Counted from the stretch's first letter, positions 7,245 to 16,753 are shown. The stretch is DNA of 64,000 nucleotides from Pseudomonadota bacterium (GCA_041178225.1 JBEGVV010000049.1:936-64935), one strand, 5' to 3'. Notes: a model not told the origin generated them from the letters alone. A program made the numbers and translations.

Positions 7245-8645
7245 TCAGCAGAAGCCCGAGAGGTCCGGGGCGTCGCCCGGGCCGATCACCGACTCGACCG
7301 CCATCGCGATCGCCAGCAGGGCACGGTCGGCGCCCGGCGCGCAGACGAGCTGCAACCCCGCGGGAAGCGCCCCCGGCTCGTCGGCCGGCAGCGGCAGCGA
7401 GATGCCGCACTGGCCCAGGTAGTTGGCGAGGCGCGTGGCGTCGTTGACGCGCCCGTTCCACCAATGCACCCGCTCGACGGTCGGGAATTCGGCGACGGGC
7501 TGCGGGAACTCCGGCACGGTCGGCATCACCCAGCCATCCAGCCCTTCCATCGCGGCGACGCCGCGGCGCACGAGCTCGCGATGCAGCGCGACGAGGCGCA
7601 GGTAGTCATGCGCGCTCGCCTCCAGTCCCGGGACGATGCGCTCCCACGCCACCGGGTCGATCAGGTCGCGATTGGCGCGCAGCCGCTCCGCGCCGTAGAA
7701 GGCGACCATCTCCGCCGGCACCAGTTGGCCCGCCATGCGCGGGATCTCGTCGACGCCGGGGGTCGACATCGGGACCAGCTCGACCCCTTCGCGCTGGAGC
7801 GCGTCGAGCGCGGCGGCGAAACGGGCGGCGACCCCGGGCGACGCCGTGTCGAGGGCGAAGCGGCGATCGAGGCCGAGGCGCAGGCCGCGCGGCGCGCGCG
7901 GCGCGATCGGCGGCTCGTCGCGCAACGCCGACAGCACGAGCGCCGCGTCCGCGACGCAGGCATGGAAGGTGCCGATGCTGTCGAAGGTGGAGGAGAGCGC
8001 CAGCGCGCCATCGGTCGGCAGGAAGCCGACCGTCGCCTTGTAGCCGACGACCCCGTTGAGCGCGGCGGGCTGGCGCACCGAGCCGCCGGCATCGGAGCCG
8101 AGCGTGAAGGCCGCGAAGCGGCTCGCCATGGCGACGGCGCTGCCGCCGCTCGACGTCCCGGCCATGCGCTTCGTGCGCGCGTCCCATGGGTTCCAGGGCG
8201 CGTCCTTGCGCAGGTTGGCGGCGAAGGCGAATTCGGACTGCCTCGCCTTGCCGATGATGACGGCCCCGAGCCGGCGCAGCCGGAGCACCATCCCGGCCTC
8301 GGGCCCGACGAGGTCCGAGACGTCGATGTCGCTGCCCGCGCGCGTGGGCATGCCGTCGACGAAGAACAGGTCCTTGACCGCGACCGGCACGCCCATCAGC
8401 GGGCCGAGGTCGGTGCCCGCGCGCAGCAGCGCGTCCATCGCGCGCGCCGAGGCGAGCGCCGCGTCCTGCGCGACATGCAGGAAGCAGCCGATGCGCGGCC
8501 CGGCGGCGGCGATGCGCGCGAGATAGGCCCGCGTCGCCGCCTCCGCGCTCGTGCGCCCCGCGCGCAGCGCGGCGCCGAACTCCGCGATCCCGATGCCGCC
8601 GAGCGGATCGGGCGGCACCGGACCGCCGCTCGCCCTCCTGTCCAT
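7245..8645 (-). CDS. Amidase-signature family amidase (GatA-like)
   Basis: Amidase signature GTSSGGSAVA and KD...VDG motifs. The ATG at 8645 is preceded by GGGGGA. The upstream part of track ORF 7245..8987 is not amidase-like. Confidence 0.85.
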   Translation of the reverse strand: MDRRASGGPVPPDPLGGIGIAEFGAALRAGRTSAEAATRAYLARIAAAGPRIGCFLHVAQDAALASARAMDALLRAGTDLGPLMGVPVAVKDLFFVDGMPTRAGSDIDVSDLVGPEAGMVLRLRRLGAVIIGKARQSEFAFAANLRKDAPWNPWDARTKRMAGTSSGGSAVAMASRFAAFTLGSDAGGSVRQPAALNGVVGYKATVGFLPTDGALALSSTFDSIGTFHACVADAALVLSALRDEPPIAPRAPRGLRLGLDRRFALDTASPGVAARFAAALDALQREGVELVPMSTPGVDEIPRMAGQLVPAEMVAFYGAERLRANRDLIDPVAWERIVPGLEASAHDYLRLVALHRELVRRGVAAMEGLDGWVMPTVPEFPQPVAEFPTVERVHWWNGRVNDATRLANYLGQCGISLPLPADEPGALPAGLQLVCAPGADRALLAIAMAVESVIGPGDAPDLSGFC

Positions 8646-8802
8646 CGCATCCCCCTCGCCGCATGCCATGCGCGGCACCGGTCCAAGGCTAGCCGCTGCC
8701 GCGCGGCGGGAGAAACGCGCGGCGCGCACGGCATTCATTCCCGCCGCGGGGGGCCGTTCCTGGGCTAGGATCGTCGCCGACGAAGAAGACGGAGACCCGG
8801 CC

Positions 8803-9555
8803 ATGCGTCGCCTCGCCATCCTGCTTGCAGCCCTCCTTTCCCTGCCGGCATCCGCCGACGAGATCCGGATGCTCGGCACCGGCGCGTCGAAGGCGATCGT
8901 CGAGGCGATGGCGCGCCAGTTCGAGGCGCGCACGGGGCATCGGATCCTGCTCACGACCGACACCGCCGGCGGCGCGACGCGTCGCATGCAGGCCGGCGAG
9001 GCCTACGACGTGGTGATGATCGTGCCCGCCGCGATCGACGCGCTGGCCGAGCGCGGCAGGATCGTGCGCGGCACGCGGCGCGACATCGCCTCGGTGCGCA
9101 TCGGCGTGGGCGTGCGCGAAGGCGACCCGGTCCCCGACATCTCGACGCTCGACGCCTTCGTGGCGGCGCTGCGCGCGGCGCCGCGCATCGCCTATGTCGA
9201 TCCCGCCGCCGGGGCCACGAGCGGCATCCATTTCCGCGCCTGGCTCGAGCGCGCGGGGCTGGCCGCGGAGATGGCGCCGAAGACGAGGCTGCAGGCGGGC
9301 GGCTACGTCGCGGAACTGGTCGCGCGCGGCGAGGCCGACCTCGTCGTCCACCAGGTCAGCGAGATCCTGCCGGTGCGCGGCGTCAGGATGATCGGCCCGG
9401 TGCCGGACGCCATCCAGCTCGTCACGACCTATTCCGCCGGGCTCTCCGCAGACGCCCGCGACCCGGCGCTCGCGCGCGCCTTCCTGGACCACATGGCGGG
9501 ACCCGAGGCGGAGGCGACGATCCGCGCCGCGGGAATGACCTTGCCGGCGCGCTGA
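8803..9555 (+). CDS. Periplasmic substrate-binding protein (ModA/SBP_bac_11-like), no adjacent transporter genes
   Basis: Signal peptide MRRLAILLAALLSLPASA. A GGAGA Shine-Dalgarno precedes the ATG at 8803. A Type-2 PBP-like sequence follows (GTGASKAIVEA...AGEAYDVVM). Confidence 0.7.
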   Translation: MRRLAILLAALLSLPASADEIRMLGTGASKAIVEAMARQFEARTGHRILLTTDTAGGATRRMQAGEAYDVVMIVPAAIDALAERGRIVRGTRRDIASVRIGVGVREGDPVPDISTLDAFVAALRAAPRIAYVDPAAGATSGIHFRAWLERAGLAAEMAPKTRLQAGGYVAELVARGEADLVVHQVSEILPVRGVRMIGPVPDAIQLVTTYSAGLSADARDPALARAFLDHMAGPEAEATIRAAGMTLPAR

Positions 9556-9641
9556 TCTCGCGCCGGCCGCAAGCGGCGGCGCGTCCACGCTGCGAACGGC
9601 ACATGGATCCACAATGAAGCGGTACTAATCCTTTTTGGATA

Positions 9642-9647
9642 TATATT
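9642..9647 (+). promoter_or_regulatory. Putative -10 element (TATATT) giving a leaderless transcript
   Basis: TATATTGGCGCAATG has the same geometry as the merR promoter (TATATTGGTGTCATG), with the ATG 7 nt after the hexamer. It sits in a local AT-rich patch within a GC-rich genome. No convincing -35 element. Confidence 0.35.
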
Positions 9648-9653
9648 GGCGCA

Positions 9654-10310
9654 ATGACCGGCGCCGCGCCCCACTCCGTGCCCCTGCCTCCCGAAGAGGT
9701 GGCCTCGGCGGTTGGCCATGCGCTGAACAACGTCCTGCCCTTCCTCTACGCCGCGTCGAGCTTCCTCGACGGCGAGGACGATCCTCCAGACATCGAGCGC
9801 GCGCGCCGCGCGATCGACGACGCGTGCCGCAGCGCGCGGATCCTCGGCGCCGCGCTTTCGACGCTCGGCCTTGCGGGCGCCGACGCGGCGGGGCTGCCGC
9901 CCTTCGGCCAGCGCATCGACGCCGAGGCGCTGGCCGGCATCCTTCTCGGCGCCGAGGCGGCGACCGGAGCCCGGATCGTCGCGCCCCCGGCCGGGGCACC
10001 CGCCCTGCGCACCACCCTGGACATCGACAGCATCTCGGCCCTCGTGGTCTGCGCCGCCACGGCCGTGCGGCGCGCCTGCGGCCCGGCGGCGACGCTGACC
10101 TGCGCCGCCTCGACCGCCGAGGCAGGCGCGCTGGCCATCGAGGTGACGGCCGAGCCGCGTCCTGCCGCTTCCGCGCGCCGCGGCACGCCGGGGCCCTGCG
10201 AGCTCGCGCTGGCCCATGCCGCGCGCGTGCTCGGCGCGCTGGACGCGCGCGTCGAGGCCGTCGAGCCGGGACGGGTGCGGCTCGCCATCGCCGCGCGGGA
10301 AGCGCCATGA
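9654..10310 (+). CDS. Histidine-kinase-like protein with an H-box but no ATP-binding motifs (possible phosphotransferase)
   Basis: H-box GHALNNVLPF resembles the AHEFNN/AHDFNN boxes of the neighbouring kinases. The C-terminal half aligns to a CA-domain position but lacks N, G1 and G2 boxes. GC3 is high. The stop overlaps the regulator start (ATGA at 10307-10310). Confidence 0.6.
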   Translation: MTGAAPHSVPLPPEEVASAVGHALNNVLPFLYAASSFLDGEDDPPDIERARRAIDDACRSARILGAALSTLGLAGADAAGLPPFGQRIDAEALAGILLGAEAATGARIVAPPAGAPALRTTLDIDSISALVVCAATAVRRACGPAATLTCAASTAEAGALAIEVTAEPRPAASARRGTPGPCELALAHAARVLGALDARVEAVEPGRVRLAIAAREAP

Positions 10311-11053
10311 CGGGCGCGCCGGCCGGGGCCAGCTTCGTCCTCGTGGTCGAGGACGAGCCAGCGATCCAGGCGCTGGTCGCCCGGACGCTGCGCCAGCACG
10401 CCTTCCAGGCCCGCATCGCCCTGCGGCGAGACGAGGTGCTCGCGCTGGCCGGCGACGAGGCCTGCGCCGCCGTGCTGCTCGACCTCGGCCTGCCCGACGA
10501 CGACGGCATGGACATCGCCCGCGCGTTGCGCGAGCGCAGCGACGTGCCGATCCTCATGCTCACCGGGCGCGCCGCCGTGCGCGAGCGCGTCAGCGGCCTC
10601 GAGGCAGGCGCGGACGACTACATCGTCAAGCCCTTCGATTCGGAAGAGCTGGTCGCGCGACTGCGCGCGGTGCTGCGGCGCAAGCCCCGGGCCGAGCGGC
10701 GGCGGGCGCGCGCCGTCGCGATCCTCCTCGGCGCCGGACGGCTCGACCTCGCGACGCGCGAGTTCGCCGGGCCTTCGGGAAGCGAGAAGCTGACGGAGCA
10801 GGAAACGCGCCTGCTCCGCGCCATGGTCGACAACGACGGACCGCTGGCGCGCGCCTCCGCCTACGGGCTCGTGTTCGGGCGCAAGTGGGAGCCGACCGAC
10901 CGGAGCCTCGACGTCCATGTCGCCAACCTGCGGCGCAAGCTGAAGGCGGCGCTTGGCGGCAGCGACCCGATCGCGACGCTGCGCGGCAAGGGCTACGAGC
11001 TGAGCGCGCCCGCCTCGGTCGAGGTCGAGGCCGAAGCCGAGGATGGCGGTTGA
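10307..11053 (+). CDS. OmpR-family response regulator
   Basis: Receiver domain (VLVVEDEP, LLDLGLPDDDG, DDYIVKPF) plus a winged-helix C-terminus (LDVHVANLRRKL...LRGKGY). Confidence 0.85.
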   Translation: MTGAPAGASFVLVVEDEPAIQALVARTLRQHAFQARIALRRDEVLALAGDEACAAVLLDLGLPDDDGMDIARALRERSDVPILMLTGRAAVRERVSGLEAGADDYIVKPFDSEELVARLRAVLRRKPRAERRRARAVAILLGAGRLDLATREFAGPSGSEKLTEQETRLLRAMVDNDGPLARASAYGLVFGRKWEPTDRSLDVHVANLRRKLKAALGGSDPIATLRGKGYELSAPASVEVEAEAEDGG

Positions 11054-11141
11054 CGTTTCTTAACGCATGCCGCGGCGCCGGGCGGGCTAACTAGGGGCGT
11101 GGGCAGGTGGCGCCGTCTCCGGCGCCCAGCCCCCTGGAGGC

Positions 11142-13712
11142 ATGTCCGAGATGATCGCCCGAGCCACGCGAGCCGCCAAGAACGCCCTCGGCAACCTGTG
11201 GACCGTGGTCGCCGCGCTCGTCGGCCTCGTGCTGATCTGGGGCACGCTCGCCATGTTCGAGCGCGAGCACCACCAGGCGAGCATCCGCTCCACCGAGATG
11301 GAGACGCGGATGCTCGCGACGACGTTCGCCGAGCACGCCGAGGCGACGATGCGCCTCATCGACGCGGCGACGCTCGACTTCGCCGCGGCGTGGCCAGCCG
11401 ACAGCGAGGGCTTCCGCGCGGAGGTCGCGCGCTGGGAGGGAACGCTCGGCGAACTGGCGCTGCAGATCGCCGTGGTCGATGCGAACGCGGACATCGTCTA
11501 CACGACGCTGGGCGTGCCCAGCCCGACGGTCAACCTGCGCGACCGCGAGCATATCCGCGTGCACCTCGACCGCGTCCACCAGGGCCTGTTCGTCTCGCGG
11601 CCGCTGATCGGGCGCGTGTCGCGCAAGGCCACGATCCAGTTCACGCGCGCCATCGAGCGCGATGGCGAGATCCGCGGCGTGGTCGTCGTGTCGCTCGACC
11701 CCGCGTATTTCAGCAAGTTCTACGGATCGCTTCCCATGCAGAAGCCGATCGCGATCTCGATGATCCGCACGACCGGCGAGCTGATGGTCAGGGTCCCCGA
11801 CGGCGCGGCGATCGGCAGCATCGTCGAGGGGCTGCCCTTCGTCGCCGGGGCGATGACGCCCTACGGCAATTTCCATGGCGCGCCGGCCGGGGGCGGGAGC
11901 GGGCGCATCTACGGCTTCCACAGGCTCGCCGAGTACGGGCTCGTGCTCGCGGCGGAGATCTCCATCGACGAGGCGCTCGAGGAGTATCGCGCCGAACGGG
12001 CCATGCATGTCCTGGCGGCGCTCGGCATGAGCCTCGCGCTCGTCGCCGTCGTGATCCTGGCGCAGGGCAAGGCAAGGAGCGACCGCGAGCGCGCGGCGCT
12101 GCTGTCCGAGGCGAACCAGTCGCTCGAGGCACGCGTCGGCGAACGGACGGCCGAGCTGGCGCGCAGCGCGAAGGAGGTCGACAAGCTCAACGCCTTCCTC
12201 GCGCGGCTCCTGCACTCGAGCCCCGCCGTCCTCTACACGCTCGACGCCGCGACCCTCCTGCCCAGCTTCGTCAGCAGCAACGTCGCGTCGAAGACCGGCT
12301 GGACGCCCGAGCATTTCCTCGCCGATCCCGGCCTCTGGAAGGGCTGCGTCCATCCCGACGACGCCGAGGGCGCGGGGATCAGCCGCGCGAAGCTCGAGGA
12401 GGCCGGCCAGCAGGGCACGCGCTTCCGCTTCCGCTGCCGCGACGGCAGCTACCGGTGGATGCAGCACGAGGCCACGCTCGTGCGCGACGCCGGCGGCCAC
12501 CCCATCGAGGTCGCCGGGGCGTTCTGGGACGTCACGGAGACGGTGCGCATCGAGGAGCAGATCCACGAGCGGCAGAAGCTGGAGGCGATCGGGCAGCTCA
12601 CCGGCGGCCTCGCCCACGACTTCAACAACCTCCTCGGCATCGTCGTCGGCAACCTGGACCAGATCGGCGAGCGCCTCCGCCCCGAGGACCCGCTGCACCG
12701 TCCCTACCGCGCCGCGCTCGACGCGACGCTGCGCGGCGTGGAGATCACGCGCCTCCTGCTCGCGGTGGCGCGGCGCCAGCCGCTGGAGGTCGCCAAGCAC
12801 GACCTCAACCAGCTCGTCGAGCAGATGATACCGCTCGTGCGCTCGTCGGTCGGGTCCTCCATCGCCATGAACGTCATGCTCGCGGACGCGGCGCTTGCCA
12901 CGACGCTCGACGCGGCGATCCTCAGCAACGTCGTCCTCAACCTCGCCATCAACGCGCGCGACGCGATGAAGGAGAAGCAGGGCGCGCGGATCCTCAGCCT
13001 GCGGACGCGCAGCGAGAACATCGCCCCCGGCGCCGACCCGGACCTCGAGCCCGGCTGGTACGCGGTGCTCGAGGTCGGCGACACGGGGACCGGCATGACG
13101 CCGGCGGTCCGCGCCCAGGCCTTCGAGCCCTTCTTCACGACGAAGGAGCGCGGCAAGGGGACCGGCCTCGGGCTCTCGATGGCGCTCGGCTACGCCACGC
13201 AGCTCGGCGGCACGATCCGCATCGACAGCGCGATCGGCGTCGGGACGACCATGCGCGTCTACCTCCCCATGGACCACGCCGAGCCGGCCGCCAAGGCGCC
13301 CCCGGCCCCGGCGCCGGAGCCCGTCGCGGCCGAGGCGCAGGGCCCCGAGGCCGGCGGCCCCTCGCGCGGGCGCATCCTCGTCGTCGACGACGAGCCCGGC
13401 CTCTGCACGCTCGCCTGCGACTGGATCCGCTCGCTCGGCTACGAGGCGGTCGGCGTCCATTCGCCGCAGGAAGCGCTCGAGCAGCTCGACGCGCAGCGCT
13501 TCGACATGCTCTTCACCGACGTCGTCATGCCCGGCGAGATGGACGGGCTGGCGCTCGCCAACGAGGCGAAGGCGCGGCACCCTGGCATGCGCGTCCTGCT
13601 CGCGTCGGGCTACGCGCGCATCCTGCTCGAGAACAAGAACCTGCCGGGCCAGCTGCTCAGCAAGCCCTACCGCAAGAAGGAAGTGGCGAAGGCGCTCGAG
13701 GCGGCGGCCTGA
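11142..13712 (+). CDS. Hybrid sensor histidine kinase (Cache-like periplasmic domain, PAS, HisKA, HATPase, REC)
   Basis: TM helix, a dCache-like region and a second TM. PAS domain (FRFRCRDGSYRWM). H-box AHDFNNLL. DTGTGM and GTGLGL boxes. C-terminal REC domain (ILVVDDEP...DVVMPGEMDG). Confidence 0.85.
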   Translation: MSEMIARATRAAKNALGNLWTVVAALVGLVLIWGTLAMFEREHHQASIRSTEMETRMLATTFAEHAEATMRLIDAATLDFAAAWPADSEGFRAEVARWEGTLGELALQIAVVDANADIVYTTLGVPSPTVNLRDREHIRVHLDRVHQGLFVSRPLIGRVSRKATIQFTRAIERDGEIRGVVVVSLDPAYFSKFYGSLPMQKPIAISMIRTTGELMVRVPDGAAIGSIVEGLPFVAGAMTPYGNFHGAPAGGGSGRIYGFHRLAEYGLVLAAEISIDEALEEYRAERAMHVLAALGMSLALVAVVILAQGKARSDRERAALLSEANQSLEARVGERTAELARSAKEVDKLNAFLARLLHSSPAVLYTLDAATLLPSFVSSNVASKTGWTPEHFLADPGLWKGCVHPDDAEGAGISRAKLEEAGQQGTRFRFRCRDGSYRWMQHEATLVRDAGGHPIEVAGAFWDVTETVRIEEQIHERQKLEAIGQLTGGLAHDFNNLLGIVVGNLDQIGERLRPEDPLHRPYRAALDATLRGVEITRLLLAVARRQPLEVAKHDLNQLVEQMIPLVRSSVGSSIAMNVMLADAALATTLDAAILSNVVLNLAINARDAMKEKQGARILSLRTRSENIAPGADPDLEPGWYAVLEVGDTGTGMTPAVRAQAFEPFFTTKERGKGTGLGLSMALGYATQLGGTIRIDSAIGVGTTMRVYLPMDHAEPAAKAPPAPAPEPVAAEAQGPEAGGPSRGRILVVDDEPGLCTLACDWIRSLGYEAVGVHSPQEALEQLDAQRFDMLFTDVVMPGEMDGLALANEAKARHPGMRVLLASGYARILLENKNLPGQLLSKPYRKKEVAKALEAAA

Positions 13713-13719
13713 GGCGCGC

Positions 13720-16212
13720 TCAGCGCCCGCTCGACGCGCGCGGCGGGGCCACCGGGAGCCGGATGGTCACGCGCGTGCCGGCGCGCGGCGCGCTCGCGAT
13801 GTCGGCGCGACCGCGGTGGCGCAGCGCGAAGCTGAACACGGCCGTGAGCCCCAGCCCCACGCGATAGGGCGCGCGGGTCGTGAAGAAGGGATCGAAGGCG
13901 CGCGCGCGGACATCCTCGGCCATGCCGGGCCCGTCGTCGGCGACCTCGATCGCGGCCATGCCGCTCTCAGCGTCGGCCCGCACGGCGATGGAGACGCGGC
14001 CCGGCCCCGGGTTGGCGTCCGCCGCGTTGTCGAGCAGCGCGATCAGCGCGCCGCGCAGCGCCTCGACATCCACGACGACCCGCAGCGACGCATCCGCCGC
14101 GCCGCGCTCGAGGCGCAGGCGCTTGGGCAGCGCGTTCGCGAGGACCGGCCACATCGCCGCGAGCGCGTCCTCGAGCGACAACGCGGTGCCCGGCGGGCCG
14201 GCGTCGTGGCTCGCGGAGTCGAGCATCGCGCGGGAGATCGCCGCGCCCCGCTCGGCGGCGGCGAGCACGGCGCGCAGCCGGCGGTCGACGCTGGCGGGAT
14301 CCCCGATCTCCTCGAGCGCGGAGTCGACGTTGCCGAGGACGATGCCGAGGATGTTGTTGAACTCGTGCGCGATGCCGGCCGTGATCGAGAAGATGGCCGC
14401 GGCCTTCTCTCGCTCCAGGCGCTCGCGCTCGAGGCGCACGCGGTCGCGCATGTCGTCGAGCTTGAGCCAGAAGAGACGCCCTTCCGCGCCGGTGACCATG
14501 CGGCCGAAGACGCGCACCGGGAGCATCCTGCCGTCGCTGCCGCGCAGCGCGGTCTCCACCGGCCCGAAGCTCCCGGCCTCGAGGCCGCGGGCGACCTCGT
14601 CCGCGGGGCCAGGCTCGTCGCCGGCACGCAGGAAGTCGGCCAGCGCGGTGCCGACGACGCGCGCGCGCTCGAGGCCGAGCGCGACGGCGAGCTCGGCGCC
14701 GAGGTCGAGGATCCGCCCTTCGGGGTCGCAGAGCACGAAGCCGAGCGAGGCCGCGGCGGGCCCGCCGCTCAGCAGGGCGCGGATCTCGGTCGCGCGCCGG
14801 CGGATGTCGAGCTGCGCCATCACGCGGCTGAGCACGCGCGGCGGGCTCAGCGGCTTCTCGATGAAGTCGACGGCGCCCGCGGTCAGCGCGCGCGCCTCGG
14901 TCGACATGTCCTGGTCGGCGGAGACCAGGATGACCGGGACGTCGGAGGTGGCGAGCCCGGCCTTCATCGCCTTGCACAGGTCGATCCCGGACATGTCGCC
15001 CATGTTGACGTCGGCCACGACGAGGTCCGGAGGCGCTTCGCGCGCCATCGCGAGCGCGGCCTCGCCCGAGAGCGCGAAGCGAAGCGTGGCGACCGGGGCG
15101 AGGATCCGCGCCATCACGCGCACCGTTCCCGCGTGGTCGTCGACGATCAGGATCGTCGTTTCGCGGCGCGGGTCGCCCGGCTCGGCCGCCGCGCCATCCG
15201 CCGGGCGGAGCATCGCGAGCGCGCCGTCGAAGTCGAGCGCCTCGACGCGGGCGCGGAACTTCGCGTCCTCGGCGTCCGCGTATCCCTCCGGCAGCGCGCG
15301 GGCGGCGCCCGCGACGAATTGCGGCGCGGTCGGGTCGCGCGCGGCCAGCGCCGCGACCAGCCTGCGCAAGGCGGCGCCGTCGAGCATGCCGGGCGCCGCG
15401 TCGCGGCCGCGCTCGCCCAGCATGGCTTCCAGCCGGTCCACCGCGGGGCGCGACTCCTCCTGCAGGCGGACGAGCAGCCGCCCGACCGGATCGCCGGCGC
15501 GCAACCCGTCCTCGATGCGCGCGATGTCGGCGGACAGGGCGTCGAGGCCGAGATTGAGCGTCTCGCCGCGCAGCTTGTGGAGCGCCGCGGCGGCCGCCCG
15601 GCGATTGCCGGCCTCGATCGCCGATCGTATCGCGGCGATCCCGTCGGCGAGGCCGCCGCGGAGATCGCGCAGCAGCGACCGGAGCATCGCGACGTCCCCG
15701 CCGCAGCGCGCCACGGCCGACTCGACGTCGATTCCATCCGTCGCGTCGTCCCGCGATGGCGGCATGGCCGCGGGGAGGGGCGCGGGCGCCGCCGTCCCCG
15801 CCATGGCCTCCGCGAGGCAGTCGACGACCTCGGCGGCGCGATAGGGCTTGCGCAGGAGCCGGCCATGCGCGCCAAGCGCCACGCAACGCGCCACGATGCC
15901 GGGCTCGACCGTGGCCGACATGGCGACGACCGGCGGCCGGCCATCCCGCCGCAGCGCCGCGATCTGGGGGATCGCGGCGAAGCCGTCGACGCCCTCCATC
16001 ACGAGGTCCATCAGCAGGACATCGAAGGCCTCGGGGTCGCGCCGGAACAGCGCCACGGCGGCACCGCCGTCGGTCAGCGTCTCCACGGAAGCGCCCGCCC
16101 GCTCGAGCATCGCGCGAAGGATCGCGCAGGCGGTCTGGGAATCGTCGACAACGAGGATGCGGCGCCCGGCGAGGGGCGATGCCCCCGCGCCGCGAGGCGT
16201 GGCGTCCGGCAT
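13720..16212 (-). CDS. Hybrid histidine kinase with REC-Hpt-REC-PAS-HisKA-HATPase order
   Basis: REC1 (ILVVDDSQ...LMDLVMEGVDG). Hpt-like segment (AAALHKLRGETLNLG). REC2 (ILIVDDHA...VADVNMGDMSG). PAS domain. H-box AHEFNNILG. DDGPGM and GLGL boxes. Confidence 0.8.
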   Translation of the reverse strand: MPDATPRGAGASPLAGRRILVVDDSQTACAILRAMLERAGASVETLTDGGAAVALFRRDPEAFDVLLMDLVMEGVDGFAAIPQIAALRRDGRPPVVAMSATVEPGIVARCVALGAHGRLLRKPYRAAEVVDCLAEAMAGTAAPAPLPAAMPPSRDDATDGIDVESAVARCGGDVAMLRSLLRDLRGGLADGIAAIRSAIEAGNRRAAAAALHKLRGETLNLGLDALSADIARIEDGLRAGDPVGRLLVRLQEESRPAVDRLEAMLGERGRDAAPGMLDGAALRRLVAALAARDPTAPQFVAGAARALPEGYADAEDAKFRARVEALDFDGALAMLRPADGAAAEPGDPRRETTILIVDDHAGTVRVMARILAPVATLRFALSGEAALAMAREAPPDLVVADVNMGDMSGIDLCKAMKAGLATSDVPVILVSADQDMSTEARALTAGAVDFIEKPLSPPRVLSRVMAQLDIRRRATEIRALLSGGPAAASLGFVLCDPEGRILDLGAELAVALGLERARVVGTALADFLRAGDEPGPADEVARGLEAGSFGPVETALRGSDGRMLPVRVFGRMVTGAEGRLFWLKLDDMRDRVRLERERLEREKAAAIFSITAGIAHEFNNILGIVLGNVDSALEEIGDPASVDRRLRAVLAAAERGAAISRAMLDSASHDAGPPGTALSLEDALAAMWPVLANALPKRLRLERGAADASLRVVVDVEALRGALIALLDNAADANPGPGRVSIAVRADAESGMAAIEVADDGPGMAEDVRARAFDPFFTTRAPYRVGLGLTAVFSFALRHRGRADIASAPRAGTRVTIRLPVAPPRASSGR

Positions 16213-16221
16213 CTCTGGCGG

Positions 16222-16593
16222 TCAGCCCTGCGCGGCGAGGCGCGCGGCCATGGCGCGCAGCCGCGCGGCGACGCCGGGCATGGCGGCGACAAGGCCCGGG
16301 CAGGCGGCGAAGGCCTCCCCGTCCGGCGCCGACTCGATCGCCGCCGCGCGGCCGCCCGCGGCGATGGCGCCGAACTGCATCAGCAATCCCCGGACGCGAT
16401 GGGCATGGCGGCGGAGCGCGGCGGCGTCCTGCGCCGCGAGCGCCGACTCCAGCCCGGCGACGCCCTGCCGGAGGTCCGCGTCGAAGGTGTCGAGGGCCGC
16501 CGCGATGCCATCCGGGCCGATCAGGTCCGCGAGCTCGCGCAGCATGCCGTCGTCGAAGCCATCGGCTCGTGTGATCTCGTCGCTGCCAACCAT
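16222..16593 (-). CDS. Hpt domain phosphotransfer protein
   Basis: 123-aa helical ORF with RRHAHRVRGLLMQFGA (Hpt H-x-x-K/R-G motif), 9 nt upstream of the kinase gene. Confidence 0.7.
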   Translation of the reverse strand: MVGSDEITRADGFDDGMLRELADLIGPDGIAAALDTFDADLRQGVAGLESALAAQDAAALRRHAHRVRGLLMQFGAIAAGGRAAAIESAPDGEAFAACPGLVAAMPGVAARLRAMAARLAAQG

Positions 16594-16753
16594 GCCATGT
16601 CCAACCGGAAACGCCGAAAGCTAGCAGCGCCTCGGCCGGGCGATCGCAAAGAAATGTAAATCCGCGGGTTCGCGCGACTTCACCGTTCTTAACGTCCCTC
16701 GATGATCAAGGCCGCGTAGCTTCGCCGCGGATCAATACCTCGCGGGAAAGCGG

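Noticed and set aside
11049-11064. Full CtrA box (TTAA-N7-TTAAC) at the TTCTTAACG motifs
   Set aside because: Only the TTAAC half-site is present. The position 7 nt upstream reads GTTG at 11049-11052 and CTTC at 16678-16681, not TTAA.
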